DNA of 64,000 bases from Planctomycetota bacterium (GTDB lineage: Bacteria > Planctomycetota > B15-G4 > SIAN01), in contig JANNXA010000034.1 of the NCBI GenBank assembly GCA_031409275.1, positions 64,001 through 128,000 of the forward strand, in the 5' to 3' direction. Position numbers and translations under genes: made by a program. Below, piece by piece: positions 9,716 to 18,781 of the stretch. The notes beneath the pieces were generated by a model. That model had not been told where the DNA came from, did not search any database, and worked only from the letters and a program-made list of their open reading frames with translations. Position 1 is the stretch's first letter. Each line of letters starts with the position of its first letter.

Positions 9716-11323
9716 ATGCGCAGTGCCGTTTCACGGATCCTGGCGGGAGTGAGCGTCATCGTGCTCGCGGTCGCGGGAGGGGGCGCGCGCGCACGCGAGG
9801 TCGCGAAGCCGCCCGAACTGTGGCTCTACCTCTCCACCAACCTGCTCGTGGACGAGAACGTCGCGAAGGCGCAGGCGCTGCTCGAGCGGGCCGCGCGCGC
9901 CGGCTACGCCTGCATCGTGCTGGCGGACCACAAGCTCTCGCTGCTCGATCAGATGGAGGAGCGCTACACCGGGAACGTGCAGCGTTTCCTGGCGACCGCG
10001 CGCGAGCAGAAGCTGCGCGTGGTGCCGGCGATCTTCCCGGTCGGCTACTCGGAAGGGCTGCTGCACCACGATCCGAATCTGGCCGAAGCGCTGCCGGCGA
10101 AGGCGGTGCGCTTCGTGGTGCAGGACGGGAAGGCACGCGAAGTGGCGCAGCGCCAGGAGCTGCTGCAGCCGGAATGGAAAGACGAGTGCTGGCACGAGGA
10201 GGCGCCCGGCGCGTGGCGCTGTCGCGCCCCCAACGGCAATGCGCGTGTCGTCTTCCGCGTGAAGGTGAAGCCGTGGCATGCCTACCACGTCGCGTTCACC
10301 GTGGAGACCAAGGAGTTCGAGGGCGAGCCCAAGGTGCAGGCGCTGGTGGGGGATCGCGGGCTGATCTTCTCGAACCTCGGCGCCGCGCGCACCCAGCCGC
10401 CGACGCTCCATCACGCCGTCTTCAACTCCTTCGAGCACGAAGAGCTACGGCTCTACTTCGGTGCGTGGGGCGCCGGCGGCGGGGATCTCGTCGTGAGCGG
10501 CGCGTCGCTCGAGGTGGCGGGAATGGTGAACCTCGTGCGTCGCGACGGCGCGCCGTTTCAGGTTCGCGACGTCGGCGGTCGGTTGCTGAAGGAGGGGCGT
10601 GACTACGAGCCGGTTCGCGATCCGAAGATGGGGGTGACGCCCTGGGTCGGCTCGTTCGACGTGTGGCACGAACCGCCCGCCATCGCCACGCGGCTTCCCG
10701 ATGGCACTCCGCTCGACGTCAGCTTCCATCACGTCGTCACGGTACACGACGGTCAGGTGATGATCTGCCCGTCCGAGCCGGCGACGCTCGCCGCACTGGC
10801 CGATCAGGCGCGCCGCGTCGCGGAGTTGTTCGGCCGCGAGGCCTTCTTCCTGTCGCACGACGAGATCCGCGTGCTGAACCAGGACGACTCGTGTCGGCGC
10901 CGGGGCCTCGATGCGGGAGCGCTGTTGGCCGACCACGTTCGCGCCTCCACGCAGATCGTGCGCAAGGTCGCGCCCAAGAGCGAGCTGTGGATCTGGAGCG
11001 ACATGTTCGATCCGCAGCACAACGCGCACGCCGACTACTACCTGGTGCGCGGCGACCTGGCCGGCGCCTGGGAGGGGGTGGCGAAGGAGGTCGGCATCGC
11101 CGCCTGGTACTTCGAGCAGCGCGACACGAGCCTGAGCTTCTTCAAGCAGCGCGGCCACCGATTGCTGATCGCCGGCTACTACGACGGCCCGGTCGCGGCG
11201 ATCGACGAGTGGCTCGTCTCGGCGAAGGCCGTGGGTGGCGTTGCCGCGGTGATGTACACCACCTGGCAGGCGCGCTACGACGACCTCGAGGCGTTCGCCG
11301 CGCGGGTGCGCGCCGCGAAGTGA
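9716..11323 (+). CDS. Secreted glycoside-hydrolase-like protein with inserted beta-sandwich/CBM-like domain
   Basis: Signal peptide; 'SHDEIR' acidic pair, 'IWSDMF' and 'MYTTW' resemble GH20-type TIM barrels. Confidence 0.6.
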   Translation: MRSAVSRILAGVSVIVLAVAGGGARAREVAKPPELWLYLSTNLLVDENVAKAQALLERAARAGYACIVLADHKLSLLDQMEERYTGNVQRFLATAREQKLRVVPAIFPVGYSEGLLHHDPNLAEALPAKAVRFVVQDGKAREVAQRQELLQPEWKDECWHEEAPGAWRCRAPNGNARVVFRVKVKPWHAYHVAFTVETKEFEGEPKVQALVGDRGLIFSNLGAARTQPPTLHHAVFNSFEHEELRLYFGAWGAGGGDLVVSGASLEVAGMVNLVRRDGAPFQVRDVGGRLLKEGRDYEPVRDPKMGVTPWVGSFDVWHEPPAIATRLPDGTPLDVSFHHVVTVHDGQVMICPSEPATLAALADQARRVAELFGREAFFLSHDEIRVLNQDDSCRRRGLDAGALLADHVRASTQIVRKVAPKSELWIWSDMFDPQHNAHADYYLVRGDLAGAWEGVAKEVGIAAWYFEQRDTSLSFFKQRGHRLLIAGYYDGPVAAIDEWLVSAKAVGGVAAVMYTTWQARYDDLEAFAARVRAAK

Positions 11324-11373
11324 CGGCTCTCGCTACGCTGCGCACCCCTCGCGCCCTTCCGGAGACGCTCTGC

Positions 11374-11862
11374 ATGACTCCCGCCGGCCTGCTGCCGCTC
11401 TGCCCGACCTGCTTCGATCGCGTGCTGGCGTGGAGCGCCGCCAAGTGCCCGAGTTGCGCGAAGGACTCGGCCGTCGCCCAATGCGACAGTTGCCAGAAGT
11501 CGCGAGCGGGCGCCTTCGTGCCGGAGGCTGCGACGAAGGACGGATCGAGCGGTGGCGCCCAGCGCTTCGTCTGCTCCGATTGCATGGAGGAGATGTTCGA
11601 GAGCAACGTCTCCGACACGATGTTCAACGCCGTGTTGACCGTCGGCCTGAGCGTCGTCGCCGTGCGCTACTACGGACGCTTCACCTTCCTGCCGGTGGTG
11701 ACGGTGGTCCTCTTCGCGGCATCGCTGGTCTGCCTTGCGATCTGGTGGCAGGCGGCGGCGCGGCGACGAACTCCCAAGCGCTGGTCCACCTCCGCGTGGA
11801 AGCTCTTCGCGAAGCGCGTCGAGAAGGTGATCGCCAAACGACCCGGCGCCCGCTCGCGTTGA
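11374..11862 (+). CDS. Hypothetical membrane protein with four CxxC motifs and 2 TM helices
   Basis: CPTC, CPSC, CDSC, CSDC followed by two hydrophobic segments; GGAG upstream of the ATG. Confidence 0.7.
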   Translation: MTPAGLLPLCPTCFDRVLAWSAAKCPSCAKDSAVAQCDSCQKSRAGAFVPEAATKDGSSGGAQRFVCSDCMEEMFESNVSDTMFNAVLTVGLSVVAVRYYGRFTFLPVVTVVLFAASLVCLAIWWQAAARRRTPKRWSTSAWKLFAKRVEKVIAKRPGARSR

Positions 11863-11898
11863 GGGGCGCCGTGGCGTCGAGTCGAACTTGCGGCGCTC

Positions 11899-12609
11899 TC
11901 AGTTCAGCGCGCGCCAGAGTTGACCATCGACCGACGGCGCTGGATTGCCCGCCATCGAGAAGACGCCGGTGATCAGACCGGTCGAGCCGGTCTCGAAGGC
12001 GGCATCGGGTGGCGGCACGTTGCCGAGTCCCGAGTAGGTGCCGTTGGTGCCACCGACATTGTCGGACTGCACGAGGTCGCCGCCCTGGTTGACGGCGAAG
12101 ACGCGCTTGCCCGCGGTTCCGTAGCCCGCGGGCCACGCGTAGCAGACCCAGGCCACCTCGCAGAGGTTCGGATCTTCGCCGGCCGGCGAACCGCCGCCGC
12201 CCGCTTCGGTCACTGGCGCACCGCCGGGTGCCGGCAGCGCGAGACGGAAGACGTAACCCGACTTGGACACGACGCCGTTCGCGTTCACGACTCCGAGCGA
12301 GCGGGCGAGCGACGAGGGCGTCATGATCGCGCCGCCGTTGGGACCGGTGTTGTCGCGCACCGGCACCATGCCGCCCATTTCGGCGAACCAGCAGTACTCG
12401 CCGAGGCCATCGGTGTCCTGGTCGATCACCGCGGCCGTCTGCGCGACCGACTGCGCCGAGACGATGTGCTTCATCGTCGAGATCGCGGCCGATTCGTTGG
12501 CGCCGATGCGTGCGGACAACAGGTTCGGAAGCGCGATCCCCGCGATGATGGCGATCATCGAGACGACGATCAGCAGCTCCATCAAGGTGAAACCGTTTTG
12601 ACGACGCAT
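11899..12609 (-). CDS. Type IV pilin-like protein (prepilin N-terminal cleavage/methylation; DUF2950-like C-terminus)
   Basis: G|FTLMELLIVV class III signal; 'ANESAAIS', 'KSGYVF' and 'AWPAGYGTAGKRVFAVNQ' motifs. Confidence 0.85.
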   Translation of the reverse strand: MRRQNGFTLMELLIVVSMIAIIAGIALPNLLSARIGANESAAISTMKHIVSAQSVAQTAAVIDQDTDGLGEYCWFAEMGGMVPVRDNTGPNGGAIMTPSSLARSLGVVNANGVVSKSGYVFRLALPAPGGAPVTEAGGGGSPAGEDPNLCEVAWVCYAWPAGYGTAGKRVFAVNQGGDLVQSDNVGGTNGTYSGLGNVPPPDAAFETGSTGLITGVFSMAGNPAPSVDGQLWRALN

Positions 12610-12715
12610 CGTGAGCCTCCCAGGTTCGTTCCTGGGTCGGTTGTCGTCGGCTGCGGGTTTCCACTCAAGGGTCGTGGGCGCGTCGGCACGTCGAACGGAA
12701 GCGATTGCGCGTCGT

Positions 12716-14800
12716 TCAGGGCTTCACGAGGTGGCGCGCCGCCCAGGTGGCCAGCGCCGGGCGGGTCGCCGCAAGCGCCGCCAGAGCCGTACGGGCCTCG
12801 CCGCTCGTCGCATCACGCGCCATTTCGAGCAATTGCAGCGCGGCGCCGTCGTCGAGGCCCGGCAGCGCATCGCGCACCCGTGCGATCGCGTCCGACTCGC
12901 GCGCGCCGTCGAGGCGAGCGGTCGCCGTGGCGCGCGGGCTCGACCAGCCGGCGACATGGTCGCGATCGATCCAGATCGGATTGGTGATCGCCAGCGCACG
13001 CGGCAGGCTCATCGGCCAGTAGGGGGCGGTCACCTTCGGCGCGCTGGCGATCGCCACCAACCAGCTGTCATGGTCGGGGACACGCACGCGCACGCGGCGC
13101 ACGCGCTCGCGCGGGCCGTCGCCTGGCTGCATCTCGTCGAGCGCAACCGCTGCGGCCAACGTGCCGTCGATGACGATCTCGACCTGCTTCGGCGTGATCC
13201 ACGCCGGGTGGCGCACGCGCACCAGCGCTTCGACCTCGTCGCTCGCCGGCTCGACCGTGTCGCCCATGCCGCGCCCCTCGATCTCGATGGTGGCAAACAG
13301 GCCGTAGCTCACGCTGACTCGTCCTTCCTTGAACGCGCGGCAGGCGGCAGCGACGTCGATCTGCGCCGGATCGTCGGTGACGCTCGGCACGTAGGTGCGC
13401 CCCTGACCGACGATGACTCCGACCGCGTGCGAATCGGACGAACCGATCGCGGTGAAGCGCTCGCCGCGATTGAGCAGCGCAAACCACGCGGGGAGCACGC
13501 CTTCCGGAGGCGCCGTCGGGCCATCCGAGTTGACGATCTCGATGCAGTCGAACAGGAAGCGCTGACCGGTGCCGCGCTCGCCGCTCTGATCGTCGAATCG
13601 AAACGCCGTGAGCGGATCCTTGCCGTTCTCTGGCCAGCGCGGGTGATTCAGGATCACGACCTGCGCCCCCTTGGCTCGGATCCCCTCGACGAGCTTGCCC
13701 CAGTCGGTCTCCTTCCAAGGCGGGACGTCGGTCCCGGCCGGCAGCGGGAAGGCGTTCATGTGGCCGTTGTCGCTGGTCACTTCGTTGCCGACGACGGGCG
13801 TGAACCACCGCGTCAGTTGCAGGGCCTGCTGCGTCGGCCGGTAGTCGATCTGATGGTTGTGGTCGGTCGCGATGGGCAGCTCGAGCCCTTCGCCCGCGAT
13901 CGTGAACATGCGCTCTACGACCGTGGCGTCGCCATGCCCGCTGTGCGTCAGCGTGTGGATGTGGGTGTCGCACGCGACCCAGCCCGCCGTGTCGACCTCG
14001 CGCGCGATGACCAGCTCGACCTTGCGCGTGGCGCCGGTCACGACCTCGACGGCGACCTGCGCGACGCTCCATTCCATGCCGCGGCCGGCCCACACCGTCA
14101 CCGGGCCGGGCGGCAGCTCGAGCAGCGCGTGGCCCGCCTGCGTGTAGGCGATGCCGCGGCGCACCGCGGTGGAGCGCGCGTCGGCGTAGTAGAGCTCGAC
14201 GAGTGCGCCGCCTCGGTCGGTGAAGGTGAGGCGCGCGGGCAGCGGCTCGCCGTCGGGATCGTGCACGTCGACCTCAAGGCGCCCGAGCTGCAGCGCTTCG
14301 CGAAGCGAGCGCTGTTCGAGCCGCGCGCGGCCGACCAGCATGTCGTCTTTGGGGTCGCTGGCGATGATGCGCAGCTCGTTCTTGCCGGTCGCGACCGCGC
14401 CGGGCGGCACCACGAAGCGCAGCTCGGTCAGCGCCTTCACGCGCGCCAGCAGGCCGAGCGCCCGCCCATTCAGCTCGACGCTCCAATCGCTGTCGATGTC
14501 GCGTGCCGACAGGTAGAGCAGCCACTCGCCGGCGTTGGCCGCCGCCTCGAAAACGATCACCAGCGGAGCGGCCTCGGGTGGCGCGGGCGCCTCGGTCCAC
14601 TCCGGAGTCGGGTCGTCGCCGACGTGATGCAGCGTCGCGTCGAGCACTCGGCCCTCTACCTGTTGCGGTGCCAGGTCATGGCTGGCGGCGGTGAGCAGCA
14701 GCGGTGCGCTGGCGAGCGCGACCGCGAAGAGCGCGAGGCAGCGCGCGACCGCCCCTTGGCGAGTCGTCCGCGGCGAGCGAGCGCGAGTCGTCATCGTCAT
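12716..14800 (-). CDS. CehA/McbA-family PHP metallohydrolase, secreted
   Basis: DTHIHT, ATDHN, GNEVT..GHMN, LNHP and GSSDSH metal-ligand motifs. Confidence 0.85.
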   Translation of the reverse strand: MTMTTRARSPRTTRQGAVARCLALFAVALASAPLLLTAASHDLAPQQVEGRVLDATLHHVGDDPTPEWTEAPAPPEAAPLVIVFEAAANAGEWLLYLSARDIDSDWSVELNGRALGLLARVKALTELRFVVPPGAVATGKNELRIIASDPKDDMLVGRARLEQRSLREALQLGRLEVDVHDPDGEPLPARLTFTDRGGALVELYYADARSTAVRRGIAYTQAGHALLELPPGPVTVWAGRGMEWSVAQVAVEVVTGATRKVELVIAREVDTAGWVACDTHIHTLTHSGHGDATVVERMFTIAGEGLELPIATDHNHQIDYRPTQQALQLTRWFTPVVGNEVTSDNGHMNAFPLPAGTDVPPWKETDWGKLVEGIRAKGAQVVILNHPRWPENGKDPLTAFRFDDQSGERGTGQRFLFDCIEIVNSDGPTAPPEGVLPAWFALLNRGERFTAIGSSDSHAVGVIVGQGRTYVPSVTDDPAQIDVAAACRAFKEGRVSVSYGLFATIEIEGRGMGDTVEPASDEVEALVRVRHPAWITPKQVEIVIDGTLAAAVALDEMQPGDGPRERVRRVRVRVPDHDSWLVAIASAPKVTAPYWPMSLPRALAITNPIWIDRDHVAGWSSPRATATARLDGARESDAIARVRDALPGLDDGAALQLLEMARDATSGEARTALAALAATRPALATWAARHLVKP

Positions 14801-14997
14801 CCCCCGATCGAATCGGCGGCCGAGGATATCCCGCCTGATTCACGATCACCGTGGCGAGGCGCCGGAACGTCGGCTCCGAACGACAAGGAGAGGCGCGTCC
14901 TCCCGACCGGTCCGCAGCAGGGGCTTCGTGAACGACGCGGGATAGAGTCGCGCCGTGCCGCGCCGCGAACCGCGCGCGCTCGCGGAAGGAGATCACC

Positions 14998-16266
14998 GTG
15001 CTGCATCTGGCTGCGCTCGCCCTCGGCTTCTCGATGGTGTCTGCGGTGGCGAACGGCGGCGCCGGTCAAGCGGCCGAGGCGATCGTCTGGGAGCGGGAGG
15101 TCGCGGTCGCGCAGGCGCGCGCCGCTCGCGAGCAGAAGCCGTTGCTGATGGTGCTGCGCTGCGAGAGGTGAGTGGATTGCAGCGCGTTCGACGGCCAGTT
15201 GGCCGCCGCCACCCCCGAGATCGTCGCGCTGGCCGCCAGCTTCGTCTGCGTGCGCGTCACCGACCTGCGCACGCTCGACCTCGCCCGCTGGCGCGTCGAC
15301 TTCGATCTCACGTTCGCCGCGCTGACCGCGACCCCGGAAGGTGCCGTGCTCCATCGCTACGGCGGCCGCGATGCGCGCGACGCCGAGGCGTTCCTCTCGC
15401 TGCCGTCGTTCGCGGCGTTCCTGCGCGGCTCACTGGCGCGCTTCACGGATGCGGCGCAGCGCCCGGCCGCGCCACCGGCCACGCTGGCGCCCCGCACGAT
15501 CGAGGCTTCGCCGACCTTCGCGCGACGCGATGCCGAGAAGCGCGTCGATTGCGTCCATTGCCACACCGTGAACGACTTCGAGCATCACGACGCCGTGGCC
15601 GAGGGCCGCTTCCGGCGCGACCAGATCTTCGTCTTCCCCGATCCTGCTCGGCTGGGTCTCGAAGTCGAGCGCGACGATCAGCAACAGGTCGCGCAGGTGA
15701 CGGCCGGCGGTGCTGCGGGGCGAGCGGGCCTTGCCGTTGGCGATCGACTGGCCACGGTCGCCGGGCAGCCGCTGTTGACGCGCGCCGACCTGCAGTGGGT
15801 GCTGCACCAGCAGCCGACGGGCGCGTGCGTGGTCGAGGTGGGAATCGTGCGGGCGGGCGCATCGCAGCGGTTGCGAATCAACCTGCGCGCCGGCTGGAAG
15901 GAGGCGGACGCCCTCGAGTACGCGTGGCGGCCCTACAAGTGGAACCTCACGCCAGGACCGGGATTCGGCGGCAAGCTGCTCGACGCGAAGCGCAAAGCGG
16001 AGCTCGGCCTCGCGCCCGACGCCTTCGCTCAGGAAGTCGGCTACCTCGTGACGTGGGGCGAGAAGGCGGCGACCGGCAAGAGCGCCAGCGCGGCAGGCTT
16101 GAAGAAGGGCGACGTCGTGGTCGGCGTCGCCGGCCAGCGCGACTTCAAGAGCGAGGACCATTTCCAGGCGTGGTTCCGTCTCACGCGCAAGGTGGGCGAA
16201 GTGGTCGATCTCGACATCATCCGCGCCGGCAAGCGCCAGACGCTGCGGATGAAGGTGGTCGAGTAG
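14998..16266 (+). CDS. Thioredoxin-fold (Trx7)/PDZ selenoprotein with CxxUxxC motif; TGA at 15169-15171 read as Sec
   Basis: GAAGGAG RBS and GTG at 14998, then a signal peptide and 'IVWEREVAVAQARAAREQKPLLMVLRC-E-R-TGA-V-D-C' in frame with ORF 15172..16266. CxxCH motif and two PDZ-like domains follow; SECIS-like hairpin present. Confidence 0.9.
15172..15212 (+). promoter_or_regulatory. Candidate bacterial SECIS element
   Basis: Stem-loop CGGCC-AGTT-GGCCG (15192-15205); G is the second loop base, loop 25 nt after the UGA; possible lower stem GTGG/CCAC. Confidence 0.65.
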
Positions 16267-16293
16267 CCCGCGCGCTTCGCGGGCGTCCGTGCG

Positions 16294-17778
16294 CTAGCGC
16301 GAGGCCGGCTGCGGAGCGGTGTCGAGCGTCGGCATCACGGCGGGCACGCCGTTGGGGAACAGCTGCTGGCGCTGCTTCACGATTTCGAGCGCGGCGACGC
16401 GGTACGCCTCGGCCAACGTCGGGAAGTTGAAGATGTTGTCGACGAAGCAGTCGACCTCGGTGTCGGCGATCAGCGCCATCTGGCCGACGTGGATCAGCTC
16501 GCAGGCGCCTTCGCCGACGATCTGCACGCCGAGCATCCGCTTGCCGCCGGGATCGGCCACCAGCTTCAGCATCCCGTCCTGGATCGCGCTGATCTGGCCG
16601 CGCGCGAGCTCTTCGTAGCGGGCGCGCCCGACGATGCAGCCGCCGTACTTCTTGATCGCGTCGACCTCGGTGAGGCCGACCTGCGACATCTCGGGGATGG
16701 AGTAGATGCCGGCCGGGATCGTCTCCGAGCCGTGGCCCAGCGTGAGGCCGAGCGCGTGGCAGACCGCGCGCCGCCCCTGCTCCATCGAGGAGGAGGCGAG
16801 CGCGGGCGGCCCGATCACGTCGCCGACGGCGTAGATGTGCGGCACCGTGGTGGCGCAATGGGCATCGACGGCCAGCAATCCGCGGTCGTTCACGGCGAGG
16901 CCGGCGGCCGCGAGGTTGAGCTCATCGACGTTGGACAGGCGACCGAGGCAGCAGAGCAGCCGCTCGGATCGCACCTCGGTGCCATCGTCGAGCGTGGTGA
17001 CGACGGTGTCGATGCCATCCCATTCGACCTTCACGTGGCGGCGGCCGCCGAGGTACTTGCCACCGCTGCGGTGGAAGGCGACGACGAACTTGTCGGTGAT
17101 CTCGGAATCGAGGAAGCCGAGCGGGCGCGGGCCCTTGTCGATCATCGTCACCTTGACGCCGAGCGCCGCGAAGATCGACGCGTACTCGCTGGCGATGACG
17201 CCAGCGCCCAGCACGGTCAGCGACCTCGGCATCCACGTCATCGAGAGGATCGAGTCGCTGTCGAGGATCTTGTCGTGGTCGACCGGCACGTCGGGGGGAG
17301 TGCGCGGGCGCGAGCCGGTGGCGACGATGATCAGATCCGCGCGGGCGCGACGGATCGAGCCGTTGACCAGCTCGATCGCGATGGTGTGCGCGTCGAGGAA
17401 GCTCGCGCGACCATGGAGCTTGGTCGCGCCGTTGCGCTTCAACTGCTCGGTCATGAAGCGCTCGTGCGCCTTCACGACCTCTTCCATGCGCGTCATCAGG
17501 CTCGCGACTTCGAGGTCCTCGCGCACGGTGATCGGGAAGACCTCGCCGGTCTTGCGCCGGAACGCGGTGAAGGCGAGCGCCGTCTCGCGCAGCGTCTTGC
17601 TCGGGATGGTGCCGCGATGGACGCAGGCGCCGCCCACATGGGTCTCGCGTTCGATGAGGAGCACCGTCTTGCCGGCCTTGGCGGCCTGGATGGTCGCCTT
17701 GTGACCGGCCGGACCGCTGCCGATCACGATCACGTCGAACGGTTCGATCTCGCCGTGCGCGGCCGGGCCGGTGCTCAC
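16294..17778 (-). CDS. sthA: Soluble (Si-specific) pyridine nucleotide transhydrogenase
   Basis: GSGPAG, GGACVHRGTIPSKTLRE, GAGVIASEYA, FNFPTLAEAY; GTG start overlaps the HDOD stop. Confidence 0.9.
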   Translation of the reverse strand: MSTGPAAHGEIEPFDVIVIGSGPAGHKATIQAAKAGKTVLLIERETHVGGACVHRGTIPSKTLRETALAFTAFRRKTGEVFPITVREDLEVASLMTRMEEVVKAHERFMTEQLKRNGATKLHGRASFLDAHTIAIELVNGSIRRARADLIIVATGSRPRTPPDVPVDHDKILDSDSILSMTWMPRSLTVLGAGVIASEYASIFAALGVKVTMIDKGPRPLGFLDSEITDKFVVAFHRSGGKYLGGRRHVKVEWDGIDTVVTTLDDGTEVRSERLLCCLGRLSNVDELNLAAAGLAVNDRGLLAVDAHCATTVPHIYAVGDVIGPPALASSSMEQGRRAVCHALGLTLGHGSETIPAGIYSIPEMSQVGLTEVDAIKKYGGCIVGRARYEELARGQISAIQDGMLKLVADPGGKRMLGVQIVGEGACELIHVGQMALIADTEVDCFVDNIFNFPTLAEAYRVAALEIVKQRQQLFPNGVPAVMPTLDTAPQPASR

Positions 17779-18656
17779 AGGACGGTCTCCGCAGCGGTAG
17801 CGATCGCTTCCTTCTTCTTCAGCAGGCCCTCGAGCTCGTCGCGATAGACGTTCAACGGCACGAGCATCGGATGGGAGCGGAGCGACTCTTCGGCGACTTC
17901 GCGCGGGCCCACCGCGAAATGGGCGAGGTCGTCGGCGAGGTTCACCATCATCGCGCTCTGCGCGAAGTTGGGCGCTTCCTGCGGACGGTGGTGGTAGGCG
18001 ATGGTCTCGGCGATGCGCTCGGGGAGCTTCCAGCTCTCCACGAGCTGCGAGCCGACCGCGGCGTGCATGCTGTCGAGGATGTCGTCGACCAGGTTCGACT
18101 CGACGCCGAGCTTGAGATCGCGCTGCACGTCGGCAAGGAGCTGCCAGAGGACCGGCTTGCCGGCGTCGTGCAGCAGCCCGCACAGGAAGGCGTCCTCGAC
18201 GTTCCAGCGGCGCAGGCGGGCGATCTCCTGCGCGAACGCGGCGGCGGCGATCGAGTGCTTGAAGATCGCGCGGACCTGGACGTCGTAGCCGGGGACCCGG
18301 AAGACCTTGGTCTGCGTCGCGATCAGGAGCGCGATCTCCCTGATCTTCTTCATGCCGAGCCGGCTGACCGCCTGCTGCAGCGAGACGATCGGCGCCGTCG
18401 GTGCGTAGAGGGCGGAGTTGGAGATGCGCAGCACGTGCCCGGCCAGCGACGCGTCACGCTGGATGATCTCGCCGAGCTTGCGCACCTCGCAGTTCTCGTC
18501 GGCGGCGGCCTGCATCACGCGCGATGCCGCCTCGGGCAGCATCGGCAGGTCGAAGGAGCCAGCGGTGATCTTGTCGAGGAAGTGCCCGCGGAAACGCGCG
18601 ACCGTGTCGGCCACGCTGCCGATTCCAGCCGTCGTCGCTTTCACGCTGTCCGCCAT
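17775..18656 (-). CDS. HDOD domain protein
   Basis: LPMLPE, DASLAGHVLRISNSALY, GLLHDAGK, WKLPE...AYHH. Confidence 0.9.
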   Translation of the reverse strand: MADSVKATTAGIGSVADTVARFRGHFLDKITAGSFDLPMLPEAASRVMQAAADENCEVRKLGEIIQRDASLAGHVLRISNSALYAPTAPIVSLQQAVSRLGMKKIREIALLIATQTKVFRVPGYDVQVRAIFKHSIAAAAFAQEIARLRRWNVEDAFLCGLLHDAGKPVLWQLLADVQRDLKLGVESNLVDDILDSMHAAVGSQLVESWKLPERIAETIAYHHRPQEAPNFAQSAMMVNLADDLAHFAVGPREVAEESLRSHPMLVPLNVYRDELEGLLKKKEAIATAAETVL

Positions 18657-18781
18657 TCCGCGCGCTCTCCCGTCTCCTCTTCGGCGAGAAGAGGCGTGTG
18701 ACTGGGATGGACGTGCGCGAGGAAGGCGGCGGGGACGCGAACTTTTTTCGAGGGGAGCGGCCGCGGCCGGCTCCCGTTCGG

